The translations under genes and the position numbers were made by a program. A stretch of 20,000 nucleotides of DNA, taken from the NCBI RefSeq assembly GCF_002105155.1, contig NW_019028998.1, positions 670,172 to 690,171 on the forward strand, written 5' to 3'. The stretch is from Lobosporangium transversale (taxonomy: Eukaryota). Positions 19,561 to 20,000 of this stretch are shown piece by piece. Position 1 is the stretch's first letter, and every line of letters begins with the position of its first letter. The notes below the pieces were generated by a model. It worked only from the letters and a program-made list of their open reading frames with translations, was not told where the DNA came from and ran no database searches.

Positions 19561-19937
19561 ATGACGCCTATTCATTTACCTAAATATGTATTTCCTTTCA
19601 ATTTATTTATTTCCTATCATCCTATTTTCTACCATTTTTAAATAGTATTTAAGTAGCTTTTTCCTTCACTGCAAAAACGGCATCTCTCTTCTTATTATCG
19701 ATGCCCTTTTGCAGGTGAGTTTATCTTCATTATTCTCATTATGAATTCTCAGAAAATTAGCAGTTATTAAAGATCTCTCTTCTTATTATCGATGCCCTTT
19801 TGCAGCATCCTCAAAATCATTCAAAGCATTACTTAGGATCACTATCGTATCCCAAAACCACGAGGCTCTTGCCCAATTCTTCATTTTTCATCATTACCTA
19901 CTAGTTTCCAGAGATCACTAGTAGATGCTCTACGACA
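19553..19937 (+). mobile_element. 3' LTR of Gypsy B (385 bp)
   Basis: TGTCGTA...TACGACA 7-bp inverted termini directly after the PPT. Internal 33-bp direct repeat at 19682-19714/19773-19805. Confidence 0.92.
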
Positions 19938-19951
19938 AACCTCCATCGGAG

Positions 19952-20000
19952 GCTCGTTTAGCTTAGTCGGTAGAGCAGAGCACCTTTCCTTCCTACCATA
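19952..20000 (+). tRNA. tRNA-like 5' half (tRNA, tRNA pseudogene or SINE head), cut by window end
   Basis: GCTCGTT TA GCTT AGTCGGTA GAGC A fits an acceptor strand plus D-arm/A-box. The following anticodon arm does not pair canonically and no B-box is visible. Confidence 0.4.

Overview
Eukaryotic, intron-containing DNA. A Mucoromycota fungus (Mortierellaceae-like) is inferred from the gene families; this was not verified by search. The left third (1-6.9 kb) holds minus-strand genes: a small 3-exon ORF, a head-less and internally deleted NTPase + restriction-endonuclease-fold (REase) pseudogene, and a Crinkler (CRN) effector gene (CRN header, P-loop NTPase, REase) with two micro-exons and one 1-nt frameshift. 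The rest (7.5-20 kb) is a nested transposon cluster that can be taken apart using target-site duplications (TSDs). It contains two hAT-like MITEs, two related poly(A)-tailed retroelement 3' ends, three solo LTRs plus one LTR fragment, three distinct Tc1 elements with open transposase ORFs (two DD34E, one DD39E), and two unrelated Ty3/Gypsy pol fragments joined back-to-back across one Tc1. Four observations stand out. (i) Two LTRs with unrelated sequence share a hairpin / splice donor / poly(A) signal / duplicated acceptor architecture. (ii) All three Tc1 have ~200-bp ends whose inner repeat is inverted rather than direct. (iii) One transposase has DD39E spacing. (iv) Two junctions have non-matching flanks, indicating rearrangement or mis-assembly.
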